This document shows positions 9,241 to 18,576 of a stretch of DNA of 64,000 nt, piece after piece (within the stretch, counting starts at the first letter, position 1; each line of letters opens with the position of its first letter). Under the pieces are notes generated by a model. The model was given only the letters and a program-made list of their open reading frames with translations. It made no database searches and was not told where the DNA came from. The position numbers and the translations under genes are program-made. Source of the stretch: a virus; IMG/VR virus record IMGVR_UViG_3300035670_000045, positions 32,001-96,000 of that record; one strand, 5' to 3'.

Positions 9241-10371
9241 ATGACTGCCATCCCCGTCACTTCCCTCAACCAGGCCTTCATCCAGAAGGTCGCGACCCAA
9301 GAGGGACGCGAGAAGATCGCCGCCACGACGGACGACTTCATCCGCGACCGTCTCCGCGAAAGCGCGTTCGTCCGCCAGATCCTCGACGTCGAGGACGTCA
9401 AGCCGGGCGATCCCGGGGTGCAGGTCAGCCTCACCCAGGACACGATCTACAAGGTCGTGGAGGTCGAGCCCCGGACCCGCGCGCTCGCGATGAGCTTCCG
9501 CGGTCAGCCGGAGATCAACTACATCTCGGCGCCCCGTCTCGCCGTCGGCTTCTTCAAGATCTCTTCGGAGAACATCCAGAAGAGCGAGGAGGAGCTCATG
9601 GCCTACCGGTACCCGATCACCAAGATCTTCGAGGACCAGAGCCTCAAGGATCTCCAGGACATCGAGGACCGTGAGTTCTGCATCCACCAGGAAGCGGCCG
9701 TCCAGGCCTACCAGGCGGAAGCGAACGGCGGGTCGGTCGTCGCGCTCACCTCCACGGCGGTCCGCGCGAACTCGGTGGTCCAGTACTCCGTCTTCAAGTC
9801 GGACATGGCCCTCGCCCAGACGGTCGACAACGCGGTCGCGATGCCCATCCAGCGCCAGGACATCCCGAAGCTGAAGCGCGCGATCCTCAGCCGCCGCCTC
9901 TCGTACGAGTGCATGCTCATCACGGAGTCGGACCTCACGTCGACCGACACCTGGACCATCCAGGACCTCGGCCTCCAGCTCACCTCGGACACCGCGATCG
10001 AGGGCTGGAAGCAGAACAAGCTCCTCGGCGTCCGCCTCGTCCGCACCATCAAGACGGACATCCTGCGCAACGGCAACGTGTACCTGTACACGGCGCCGAA
10101 GTTCTTCGGGAAGATGTTCATCCTGAACCAGCCCAAGTTCTGGATCGACAAGAAGTACAACATCATCTCGTTCCAGGTCTGGGAGAACATCGGCATGGTG
10201 CTCGCGAACATCGCCAGCATCGTGAAGCTCGAGACGTACTCGGGCGACGCCACGACGGTGAACACCAACGGCATCCTCGCCAGCGTCACGCCGGTGCCCG
10301 AGGCGTCCATCGGCGCGCTCAACAACCGGGTCGCGCAGGGGCTCAACTTCCCCTCGATCCAGCTGTACTGA
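9241..10371 (+). CDS. Major capsid protein (HK97 fold, inferred)
   Basis: About 376 aa, AAGGAG SD before ATG 9241, extreme C/G third-position bias, IRDRLRE.AF.RQIL N-terminal pattern, followed by a strong terminator. Confidence 0.8.
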   Translation: MTAIPVTSLNQAFIQKVATQEGREKIAATTDDFIRDRLRESAFVRQILDVEDVKPGDPGVQVSLTQDTIYKVVEVEPRTRALAMSFRGQPEINYISAPRLAVGFFKISSENIQKSEEELMAYRYPITKIFEDQSLKDLQDIEDREFCIHQEAAVQAYQAEANGGSVVALTSTAVRANSVVQYSVFKSDMALAQTVDNAVAMPIQRQDIPKLKRAILSRRLSYECMLITESDLTSTDTWTIQDLGLQLTSDTAIEGWKQNKLLGVRLVRTIKTDILRNGNVYLYTAPKFFGKMFILNQPKFWIDKKYNIISFQVWENIGMVLANIASIVKLETYSGDATTVNTNGILASVTPVPEASIGALNNRVAQGLNFPSIQLY

Positions 10372-10394
10372 CCCGCCCTTCGGGTCCAACGCAC

Positions 10395-10432
10395 GGCGGG
10401 CGAGCTACTTCGGTAGTTCGCCCGTTCGTTTT
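10395..10432 (+). terminator. Intrinsic terminator after the capsid gene
   Basis: GGCGGGCGAGCTAC-TTCG-GTAGTTCGCCCGTT then a T-rich tail. Confidence 0.75.
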
Positions 10433-10448
10433 CTCCCACCCATTTCCT

Positions 10449-10456
10449 GGTAGAGT
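10449..10456 (+). promoter_or_regulatory. GG-TAnnnT element 6 nt before ATG (putative leaderless promoter)
   Basis: GG TAGAGT acccac ATG(10463); no SD. Confidence 0.55.
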
Positions 10457-10462
10457 ACCCAC

Positions 10463-11110
10463 ATGACCGACGAGCTCACGACCCAAGAGTCCCCCGCAGT
10501 TCAACCCGACCCGCTCGACCAAGCGACGGTGACCGTCGAGAACGTGTCCCACCTCCCCTACGGAGGCCGCACGCGGGAGACCAACTTCCACTTCCCGCCG
10601 ACGCAGGTGCGCTGCGTCCCTGGGCGATCGGTCGCCGTCCCGTTCTCGGCGTTCCGCACCCATCATGCCCTCTTCGCCAACTTGGTGCGGGAGGGCTACG
10701 TGCGCCTCTCGGGGAGCTCGGACGTCCTGACCGCGGTCCAAGGGCTGCTCGCGCAGGACAACGCCGAGGCGGCGGTTCCCGTGGTGGTGGACCCGCCCGA
10801 GCCCAACTTCCCGATGGATTCCGCTGCACGGGACATGACCCCCACCTGGGACAAGGCGACGCTGCAGGACCCCGCGCAGCCCGAGCCTCCTGCGGACTTC
10901 ACCATGCCCGTGGCGCCGCCCCCGGCTTCGCATGACGCGGAAGACACCGCGGCGGAGGACACTGCGCCCGAGACGCCTCCTGCGCCTCCGGCAACGGAAG
11001 GTGACGACGAGTCGTTGGTCGGGATGTTCCCGGACAAGGGCGTGGACGCCGCCCCGGCGGAGGACACTGCGCCCGAGACGCCCCTGGCGAAGAAGAAGGG
11101 CAAGAAATGA
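10463..11110 (+). CDS. Hypothetical protein with Pro/acidic C-terminus
   Basis: 215-aa ORF after the capsid terminator; duplicated AEDTAPETP. Confidence 0.65.
   Translation: MTDELTTQESPAVQPDPLDQATVTVENVSHLPYGGRTRETNFHFPPTQVRCVPGRSVAVPFSAFRTHHALFANLVREGYVRLSGSSDVLTAVQGLLAQDNAEAAVPVVVDPPEPNFPMDSAARDMTPTWDKATLQDPAQPEPPADFTMPVAPPPASHDAEDTAAEDTAPETPPAPPATEGDDESLVGMFPDKGVDAAPAEDTAPETPLAKKKGKK
10951..11082 (+). repeat. 27-bp intragenic direct repeat
   Basis: GGCGGAGGACACTGCGCCCGAGACGCC at 10951-10977 and 11056-11082. Confidence 0.85.
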
Positions 11111-11355
11111 GCAAGCAGATCCGACTTTTCTGCCTCACGGACGTGGCAAGCCCCACGTCGACGGAGCGCGGGTTTGTCGGGATTCCCGTGACGGTCGGGC
11201 GCTACATCCTGGCGCCCGGCCAAGAGCTGGTGGTCCCGGACGACGAGCTCCTTCAGCGGCAACTACCTGACCTCGTGGCGGCGGATGCCGTGGCGGTCGG
11301 GAGCCAGCCGGCCTGGTATCGTGTGGCGAAGGAACGCAAGAAGGCGAAGGGCTGA
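11107..11355 (+). CDS. Hypothetical protein
   Basis: ATGA overlap with the upstream gene; 82 aa. Confidence 0.65.
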   Translation: MSKQIRLFCLTDVASPTSTERGFVGIPVTVGRYILAPGQELVVPDDELLQRQLPDLVAADAVAVGSQPAWYRVAKERKKAKG

Positions 11356-11357
11356 CC

Positions 11358-11867
11358 ATGGCGGACGGGCTCGAGGGTATTCCCGGCATCACCCCCACCA
11401 CACGGGCGTTCGTTGCATTGGTACGGGAGTTCACTCGGGACTACCCCGAGCTCAACCGCCTGGTCGCCGGCACGGAGTCCAGCAACCGACAGATTCTGTG
11501 GGCGATCTTGGACGCCCTGTCCGACTTCAACGGAACCCCTCCCCTCATCCGGAAGGTGTCCCTCGAGGACCTGCTGGCACAGGGGCACCAGTACCTTCTG
11601 CTGCGAATGGTCACGTGCTCGCTGATCGAAAGTGTCGGGCTACTCCAGACCCGAAACCACATCGACTACAGCAACGGCGGATTCTCCGTGGGGGTCAACA
11701 ACAAGACGCCCATGCTCCAGAGCTGGCTGCAGCTCTTTCGTCAGATCACCGAGCAGCGAAAGGTCGCTGTGAAAGTGTCCATGAACATCAGCCAGCTTCT
11801 CGACGCCTCTCACGCGGGCGTGTACACCGAGCTCTGGGCTGTGAACCAAAGCTACTTCCTCTTCTGA
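11358..11867 (+). CDS. Probable head-tail adaptor/neck protein
   Basis: Helical 169-aa protein after the capsid gene with a YSNGGFSV hairpin typical of adaptors; synteny. Confidence 0.55.
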   Translation: MADGLEGIPGITPTTRAFVALVREFTRDYPELNRLVAGTESSNRQILWAILDALSDFNGTPPLIRKVSLEDLLAQGHQYLLLRMVTCSLIESVGLLQTRNHIDYSNGGFSVGVNNKTPMLQSWLQLFRQITEQRKVAVKVSMNISQLLDASHAGVYTELWAVNQSYFLF

Positions 11868-11877
11868 GGGCCACACC

Positions 11878-12348
11878 ATGCCGAAGATCTCCATCAAGAA
11901 GTTTGCCGCCCAAGAGGACGCCGAGACGTTCCTGAACGGCGGCGTGGTCATCGCGTGCCCCTCGTTGGGCGCGCTCGTGTACGGGCTCGTCGGGAAGACG
12001 CTCATCTTCACCCAACCCTCGAGTGTGACCGTGACCTTCACCAGCTCCGAGCCCAACGGCGCGATGACCATGAAGCAGATCTTGGAGCAGATCGCGGCAG
12101 CCATCCCGGCACTGGCGCTGTCCATGCGGGGGGCCAATATCCACCTCGTCGAGAAGAACCCGACCAACGGGGTCACCGTGTCCCACACGTCGACCGCTGC
12201 GGCGTTCTTCGGGCTCAGCACCGCTACGGCTGCGGACGGTACGATCTTTCCGCCGGCGACTGCCACCCCCTCCGCCCCGTGCCTGCTCCAAATCCTGGGC
12301 GACGGTAGCGGTGCGGTTCAATGCGTGATCTACGAGGTGACCCCGTGA
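11878..12348 (+). CDS. Hypothetical virion protein
   Basis: Thr/Ala-rich; ends AAAFFGL like the sheath insertion domains. Confidence 0.6.
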   Translation: MPKISIKKFAAQEDAETFLNGGVVIACPSLGALVYGLVGKTLIFTQPSSVTVTFTSSEPNGAMTMKQILEQIAAAIPALALSMRGANIHLVEKNPTNGVTVSHTSTAAAFFGLSTATAADGTIFPPATATPSAPCLLQILGDGSGAVQCVIYEVTP

Positions 12349-15300
12349 GCTCGAACATCCCTTTCATCGACATGGCCGAGTACTTCCGTGGGCTCAAGAC
12401 GGCGGAGGACGCGAAAGCACCTGCGCCCGCTGCAGCTCCGCCTCCCGAGCAGGTCCTGCCGATGTACGCCCAGCTCGCGAACCTCAAGACCTCGCTGGCG
12501 ATGGCCTACCGCGTCTACTCCGAGTCGCTCCGCGGGGAAGCCAACACGGCTCTCGGCGAGCACTTCAAAGAGCACTCCGAGCACCACCTCGAGGACGCCG
12601 ACTGGTTCATTCGCCGGTGCTCGGTCCTCGGAGGCCCGACCGACTTCGGCGAGATCCAGCTCCCGCCGCCCGCCACGGACACCCAAACCATCGTGCGAAC
12701 GCTGGCCTCGTTGGAGGAGCAGAGCATCGCTGCGCTCAACGAGCTCCGCCCGCTGGTGGAGGGCAGCCCCTCGCAGTACGAGCTCGAGGGCATGCTGTCG
12801 CGGGACCAGCACCACCTCGACGACATGTGGCAGCACATCCCGGACACCCCGGCGACGAGCGCGGTGCAACCCGCTGGCCCCCCTCCGCCCCCCGCCCCCG
12901 CGGAGTCCGTCCCGAAGCAAGCAGGACTCGATAGCCCGATGGGCATCGACAAGATCGACCCTACACTCGCAAAGACCCTACACGCCCTACTGAACCCGCT
13001 TCCAGGCTCCACCGCTGGCGCATTTTTCCATGGGGACACCCGAAAGTCCAACATGCGGGATGCGACGATCCAGGGCGCTGCACGCGGCGCGATGGCGGGT
13101 GCGGCCTATGGCGTACTCACCTCCATGTTCAAGCCCAATGAGGTTGCGGCTCGGGCGGCTAACGCTGCGGTGGGTGGCGCCATCAGTGGTGCGATGGTCG
13201 GACGCACCGAAGCTTACGACCACAAGCAGCGGGCAAAGTTGAAGAAGCAGGCCAATACCGTGGGTGCAGTTGCTGCCACCGGGAAGCACGCCCCCGTGCA
13301 GGCCCCTCCGGCGCTGCAGGGTGCGGCTGCGGGTCAGCATCCGGTGAAGATGGCGTGGACCAAGACCGCTGCGCGTACGTACGACCTCGGGGAAGGCACC
13401 GCGCGCGACGGTAACGCCTTCGCTGTGAAGTCGGAGCCGTCCCAGCTCGAGCTCGCCATGGCTCTCCAGGGCAAGATGGATGGGGACTTCCACGCGGCCA
13501 AAGGCCACGGCAAGCACCTCACGATGTTCTCCCCCGCTGCGCTCGGCGGAGGTGGGGCGATCGAGCTCGGTGCGCACAACCACGGCACGCTCATCCCCGC
13601 GGGGGGCGCCACTCGGGGGCACCTCCTCAAGCAGTATGGGAAGGGCCCAAGCATCTCCCCCGCGATGATGGACAGCATCGAGCGGAACGACGGGGATGTG
13701 CGGGAGCAGCTCGCCATGAACGGCGTGAAGGTCGGTCGGAACCTCCGACTCGAAGCCGCTTTGGGGCACATCAAGAAGGCTGCGTTCCGCACCGACGAAG
13801 AGAACGTCGAGACGGGGCGTCAGCGCGCCATCGCGAACCTCTCCTCGGGGTTCACCTCCGACAGGTACACCTCCGGTGAACGCCACGGTCAACTCCTCGG
13901 CAAGCTCACCGGTGCGGGTGCGGGCGCACTGGCGGGAGCCATGGCCGCGCGCAAGGAGTCGATCCCCGTCCGCCTGGCCGCGGGTCTCGGGGCAGGGGCG
14001 CTCGGTGGGTCGCTCGGCGGAGCTCTCGGGAAGGTCGTGGGGCAGGACCGTGACGCCACGAACTTCTACCGGGAGCACTCGAAAGAGGCGGCATGCCTCG
14101 GTGACGTGGCGGAAGAGATGCGCCCGGCGGGCCGCACCCTGGCCGACGCACAGAAGCTCACCCAGGGTCTGGGGGAGTCGTTCGAGCTCGGTGGTCGAAA
14201 CCCCAAGGATGCCAAGAGCTCTTGGAATCACCCGAAGCGACACCCCAGCGTGAAGGAGGCATCGCTCAAGGAGAAGGCAGTCGAATTCGGGAAGAAAGTG
14301 ATCGGCGGAAAGAGTCGGGAAGCGCTACTCGAAGCTTCGGGCCGAGCTGCTGCCAAATCGGATAGGCATTTCGACAAGGCTGGGCTCCTGAGGCGTGGAA
14401 TGGCCCGGTCCAACGACACCTCCAGCAAACGATACGTGATTGCCCGGGAAGGGCACGCGGGCCACTTTCAGAAAGGCAGAATCGAAGGTCTGGAGGCCAG
14501 GGCACTAAAGGGGGACGCGGACCGCCTGGTCGGCGACAGAATTGAAGGGGGTGCAAAGGTGCTCGGTGTCCTTGGCTCCACGGCTGGTGCTGCAGGCCTA
14601 CTAGTGCACCAGACAAAAAATGGGGGCCAAGGGGGGGCCAAGGAAGCCTCCGACCCGTTCACCCGGATGATGCAGGGGTGGGCCAAGACGGCGAACGCCC
14701 TCGTGCACGAGCCTGACCCTGCCGTCGCGGAGTACATCGCCCGTGAAGAGCAGGCGCGGATGCAGCAAGAGGCCCAGGAGTCCGAGTACCTTCGGAGCCA
14801 GCTGCAGGCGGCGCACGCGGAGCTCGAGTCGAAGGACCAGGAAGTCCAGCAGCTGCAGCAGAGCGTGGGCCAGCTCCAGGAGCAGACCCAGATGCAGCAG
14901 GACACGATCGCCACCGCCCAAGCCACCACGGAGGGGGCGATGGGGTCGGTCGTACAGAAGTCAAACGAGCTCATGAAGCAGATGCAGCTCACTTCGAACC
15001 TGTCCCAGGCGCACCAGATGATGAAGGAGCAGCTGCAGTCCCTGGCCCAGATGCCGTCGCCCCCGCTGACGGGGGGAGAGTCCGCCGCGACCGACCAGGC
15101 CGCGTCGGACGAGCTCGCCATGCAAGACCAGGCCGCGGCCGAGCAGGAAGCCGCGGCGGCGGGTCAACAGCCCGGCGTCCCGGCAGAAGGCGGCTCACCC
15201 CCACCGGGCGGGCAGGGCGAGGCGGGTCCCCCGAAGGTGGCCGGTCTGCCCCACGGCCTCCTGGGCGGTGGCCTTGGCGCCCTGGCCGGGGCGGGGTCGG

Positions 15301-15569
15301 TGTTGTTGGCCAGCAAGGAGCGGGCGAAGATCGACGAGCTCATCGGCAAGATGGAGCAGTCGGACAGCAAGGGCTTCTCCCACGCCATGGCCCTGGCCCA
15401 CCTCAAGCATCAGTCGAACCTCGCCCAAATCGCCGCAGACCACCCGGGCAGGTCGGCGCTGGTGGCTGGTGTTCTCGGCGGACAAGCCGGCATGGGCGTC
15501 GAGTCCAACATCCGGCACCTGCTGAAGGGCGAACCCTACCATCCGCTGCACAACGCGGAGCTCAAGTGA
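12345..15569 (+). CDS. Large modular head protein: ferritin-like domain, K-x-A-delimited glycine-zipper modules and coiled coil
   Basis: GTG start overlapping the upstream stop; four-helix pattern (AY..Y....G.....L.EHF.EH...H..DAD....R...LGG; EE.....L; ..D..HLD); about 10 K-x-A motifs; Q-rich coiled coil. Confidence 0.75.
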   Translation: MSSNIPFIDMAEYFRGLKTAEDAKAPAPAAAPPPEQVLPMYAQLANLKTSLAMAYRVYSESLRGEANTALGEHFKEHSEHHLEDADWFIRRCSVLGGPTDFGEIQLPPPATDTQTIVRTLASLEEQSIAALNELRPLVEGSPSQYELEGMLSRDQHHLDDMWQHIPDTPATSAVQPAGPPPPPAPAESVPKQAGLDSPMGIDKIDPTLAKTLHALLNPLPGSTAGAFFHGDTRKSNMRDATIQGAARGAMAGAAYGVLTSMFKPNEVAARAANAAVGGAISGAMVGRTEAYDHKQRAKLKKQANTVGAVAATGKHAPVQAPPALQGAAAGQHPVKMAWTKTAARTYDLGEGTARDGNAFAVKSEPSQLELAMALQGKMDGDFHAAKGHGKHLTMFSPAALGGGGAIELGAHNHGTLIPAGGATRGHLLKQYGKGPSISPAMMDSIERNDGDVREQLAMNGVKVGRNLRLEAALGHIKKAAFRTDEENVETGRQRAIANLSSGFTSDRYTSGERHGQLLGKLTGAGAGALAGAMAARKESIPVRLAAGLGAGALGGSLGGALGKVVGQDRDATNFYREHSKEAACLGDVAEEMRPAGRTLADAQKLTQGLGESFELGGRNPKDAKSSWNHPKRHPSVKEASLKEKAVEFGKKVIGGKSREALLEASGRAAAKSDRHFDKAGLLRRGMARSNDTSSKRYVIAREGHAGHFQKGRIEGLEARALKGDADRLVGDRIEGGAKVLGVLGSTAGAAGLLVHQTKNGGQGGAKEASDPFTRMMQGWAKTANALVHEPDPAVAEYIAREEQARMQQEAQESEYLRSQLQAAHAELESKDQEVQQLQQSVGQLQEQTQMQQDTIATAQATTEGAMGSVVQKSNELMKQMQLTSNLSQAHQMMKEQLQSLAQMPSPPLTGGESAATDQAASDELAMQDQAAAEQEAAAAGQQPGVPAEGGSPPPGGQGEAGPPKVAGLPHGLLGGGLGALAGAGSVLLASKERAKIDELIGKMEQSDSKGFSHAMALAHLKHQSNLAQIAADHPGRSALVAGVLGGQAGMGVESNIRHLLKGEPYHPLHNAELK

Positions 15570-16468
15570 TTCAGGTCCAGCGACTCCGAGTTCGCTCGCT
15601 CGACGTGAGGACGTACACCTTGGCCTGGGAGATCCAGGACACCACCGAGGATGTGTACGACTACACGTTCGTGATCGAGCGCTCGGAGTCGCAGGCCGGC
15701 CCCTGGGACGAGCTCAGCCATCCGTTCCGCGACCGGTACCGATTTCGGGACACCACGCTTCCGTTGGCGTCGCCAACCCGCACGATGTTCTACCGTATCC
15801 GCGTGACCCACACCCCAAGTGGGGAGGTCACGTACTCCGATGTGGTGGACGCCCAGCCGGAAGCGGACCTCATCACGAAGGAAGTCCGTCGGCACATGGG
15901 GCTCCTCATCCGGGAGTTCACAGGCCGTCGTGCTTGGCTGCTACCCACCCGGACTTTCGGGCAGAAGTGCACGAACTGCCGCAACACCGTGCTGGCTTCG
16001 AAGCGCACGGGTCGGTGCCTCGACTGCTACGACACGGGGTTCTTGCGCGGGTTTCTCGCCCCCATCGAGCTCTGGATTCAAGTCGATCCGACGAGCCCGC
16101 TCACGAAGCAGGCGTCGGGGTTCGGCGACATGTCCGCGGCCGTGACTACGGCACGGTGTGTGGACGTAGACGGGATCAAGCCGCGCGACGTCCTTGTCGA
16201 AGCGGAGAACCGTCGCTGGCGTGTGCTCGCGGTGAACAACACGGAGCATGGCCGGTCGCCGATTCACCTCGAGCTCCAGCTCCGTGAGATTCCGAAGTCC
16301 GACGTGGAGTACGAGTACGAGCTCAAACTGGACACGGCGTTGGAAGACTTGGCGCTGAGCCCGGCCCGGAACTTCACGAACCCGCAGAACCTGACGAACT
16401 TTCAGGACGAAGAGATCCCGTCTATCCTGTCGCTGTACCCCTACGTGACCCGACCTCCGAGGACCTGA
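15566..16468 (+). CDS. Probable neck/head-closure protein (FN3-like N-terminus, Zn-binding CxxC...CxxC)
   Basis: LAW...F.IERS....GPW...Y.F.D...FYRIR fibronectin-like pattern; CTNC...CLDCYDTGF. Confidence 0.55.
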   Translation: MIQVQRLRVRSLDVRTYTLAWEIQDTTEDVYDYTFVIERSESQAGPWDELSHPFRDRYRFRDTTLPLASPTRTMFYRIRVTHTPSGEVTYSDVVDAQPEADLITKEVRRHMGLLIREFTGRRAWLLPTRTFGQKCTNCRNTVLASKRTGRCLDCYDTGFLRGFLAPIELWIQVDPTSPLTKQASGFGDMSAAVTTARCVDVDGIKPRDVLVEAENRRWRVLAVNNTEHGRSPIHLELQLREIPKSDVEYEYELKLDTALEDLALSPARNFTNPQNLTNFQDEEIPSILSLYPYVTRPPRT

Positions 16469-16806
16469 TGGACCAGCGTGTCTTCCAGATTTGCCTGTCC
16501 GAGCTCATGCCCAAGGAGGCGGAGGCGCCGCCCGTTCGTTCGGAGCACCCTTACTGGGACAAAACGAAGATCGTCGGGAAGGCCGCTCTCGGGATTGGCT
16601 TGGGAGCGGCTGGCGGCTACGCCCTCGGGGAAGGGCTCAACCGGGCGTACCAGAAGACCATGGGTAGCCCGCCGTCGGCGGAGCACTTGGGGCGCGCCAT
16701 GGCTGCAGTCGGGATGCTATCCGGGGTAGCCTACACGATGTACAAGCGCAAGCTGGACGAGGAGCTCGCCAATGTCGACGGACCCGCGCCGCACGCTGTT
16801 CCCTGA
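16468..16806 (+). CDS. Small glycine-zipper membrane-type protein with N-terminal tag (FQICLSELMPKEA)
   Basis: ALGIGLGAAGGYALG and AMAAVGMLSGVAY hydrophobic helices. Confidence 0.65.
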   Translation: MDQRVFQICLSELMPKEAEAPPVRSEHPYWDKTKIVGKAALGIGLGAAGGYALGEGLNRAYQKTMGSPPSAEHLGRAMAAVGMLSGVAYTMYKRKLDEELANVDGPAPHAVP

Positions 16807-17887
16807 GGCCCCGCTCGAGTACGTCAAGCAGATCTACTGCGGCTTCGTGCAAGGCCTCTTCGGGAGCTTGAGCCGAGAGTCCGGGTACCACTGGGACGCG
16901 GACGAGAACCTGAACCAGATCGTGGTCAAGGACAGCAACTCGATCATCGGGCAGGAGCTCAACTACCGGCCAGGTGTCCTGTTTGCCCGCGGACCAGTGC
17001 AGTCTCAAACGCTCGGCTTCAACGACCGGATGGGGTACGACCCGTCCACCGGGCAGGTCACCAAGTCGATCCTCATCCCGGGGACCATGAACATCAACGT
17101 CGTCTCCCGAATTCCACAGGAGGCGGAGAACCTCGCTTGGGTCATCAGCGAGGCGATTTGGGTCCACAAGCAGATGTTCATGGACGCGGGGTTCATGGAC
17201 ATCGGACGCTTTGTGGTGGGCGCTCCGACCGCTGCAGGGTCCCTCGTAGAGGGGGATGGCGGGGACGAGTGGTACGCCGTAGTGGCGAGCTCCCCCTTCC
17301 AGTTCTTTCGCACAACGGTCATCACTCCGTTGGGCCACAAGATCGCGGACAACTTCAAGATCTCGACGGGTTCGGGGTCTCAGGCGGGGGTACGGCCCCA
17401 CCCGTTCCTGCCGGGACAACTGGTCACCGCTCGCCGTGTGAGCTCGGGGCATGGGGTCACCCCCGCGCCGGTCACGTACCCCAAGCAGCCCATCCAAGGT
17501 CCGCCTGGCCCGGCAGGCCCGCCTGGCCCGAGCGGGGGCTCTACCCTCGAGCGCACGGCGGATGCCACGCTGTCCGCGTACAAGGTGGTGTACGCCACCG
17601 CGGGTGACGGTGCCGCGTACGCGGATTCGTCCGTGTTGGCACACGGTCCGTTCGTGCTCGGGATCACCTCCCACGCCGCCAGCATGGGGACGATCGTTCA
17701 GATCATTCAGAGTGGGGAAGTGGAGGAAGCCACCTGGTCGTGGACGCCCAACCTTCCCATCTTCTGTGGGGCGAATGGTACTCTGACCCAAACGGCTCCG
17801 ACGTCTGGGTGGCTACGCCAAATTGCCTACGCCACGTCACCTACCTCGGTCATCGTGGACATCGGGCCCCTGTTTCAGCTGGCGTAA
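16772..17887 (+). CDS. Probable tail-completion protein fused to a short collagen linker and a beta-rich C-terminal domain
   Basis: Position; GPPGPAGPPGPSG near 17498-17535; C-terminal GANGTLTQTAP...IAYATSPT domain. Confidence 0.5.
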   Translation: MSTDPRRTLFPEAPLEYVKQIYCGFVQGLFGSLSRESGYHWDADENLNQIVVKDSNSIIGQELNYRPGVLFARGPVQSQTLGFNDRMGYDPSTGQVTKSILIPGTMNINVVSRIPQEAENLAWVISEAIWVHKQMFMDAGFMDIGRFVVGAPTAAGSLVEGDGGDEWYAVVASSPFQFFRTTVITPLGHKIADNFKISTGSGSQAGVRPHPFLPGQLVTARRVSSGHGVTPAPVTYPKQPIQGPPGPAGPPGPSGGSTLERTADATLSAYKVVYATAGDGAAYADSSVLAHGPFVLGITSHAASMGTIVQIIQSGEVEEATWSWTPNLPIFCGANGTLTQTAPTSGWLRQIAYATSPTSVIVDIGPLFQLA

Positions 17888-17901
17888 AGGAGTGGGTCAT
17901 C

Positions 17902-18576
17902 ATGGCAAAGTATCTGAAGCTGGTCAGCGGTGTCATGTCGGAGGAGTCCACGGTGGGCACCTCCGCCGGTGCGGGAGACGCCGGCAAGGTCCCCCACCTC
18001 AACGGCTCGGGCGTCCTCGACCCGACGATCATGAACGCCGTGAACGCCTCGACGGGCGCCCCGGACGCGGGCAAAGTAGTTCGGCTCAACGGCTCGGGTG
18101 TCCTCGCCGCCAGCATCATCAACTCGGTCACTTCGTCGGCGGGTGCGGGTGACTCCGGCAAGATCCCTGCCCTCGACGGCTCCGGTCGCCTCGACTCCAC
18201 CTTCCTCCCGGTTGGTGTGGGTGCGGACACCGCATCGATCCAGGCCTCGGAGGCCCTTTCGGCGGGTGACTTCGTCAACGTGCACAACTCGGGTGGTGCG
18301 CGGATCCGCAAGGCGGACGCCTCGAGCGGGTTCCAGGCGCATGGGTTCGTGTCCGCCGCGGTCAGCAACGGCGCGATGGGGACGGTCTACTTCGACTCGG
18401 CCAACACCAACCTCTCGGGCATGACCCCCGGAGCCCCGCAGTACTTGGGCACCACGGGCGCCCGTACGGAGACGGCCCCGTCGACCGCCGGACACATCAG
18501 CCAGTACATCGGCGTCGCAACTTCCGCAACTTCGATGTCGTTCGAGCCCGCGCGACCGATTACACTCGCGGCATGA
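17902..18576 (+). CDS. Fibre/decoration-associated protein with three tandem ~29-aa repeats
   Basis: AAGGAG SD; S.GA.DAGK...L.GSG.L repeats; C-terminal domain similar to that of 16772..17887. Confidence 0.7.
   Translation: MAKYLKLVSGVMSEESTVGTSAGAGDAGKVPHLNGSGVLDPTIMNAVNASTGAPDAGKVVRLNGSGVLAASIINSVTSSAGAGDSGKIPALDGSGRLDSTFLPVGVGADTASIQASEALSAGDFVNVHNSGGARIRKADASSGFQAHGFVSAAVSNGAMGTVYFDSANTNLSGMTPGAPQYLGTTGARTETAPSTAGHISQYIGVATSATSMSFEPARPITLAA

Noticed and set aside
8684-12850. Encapsulin operon (HK97 shell + ferritin-like cargo)
   Set aside because: The shell gene is embedded among terminase, protease, neck and tail genes; only the analogy is kept.
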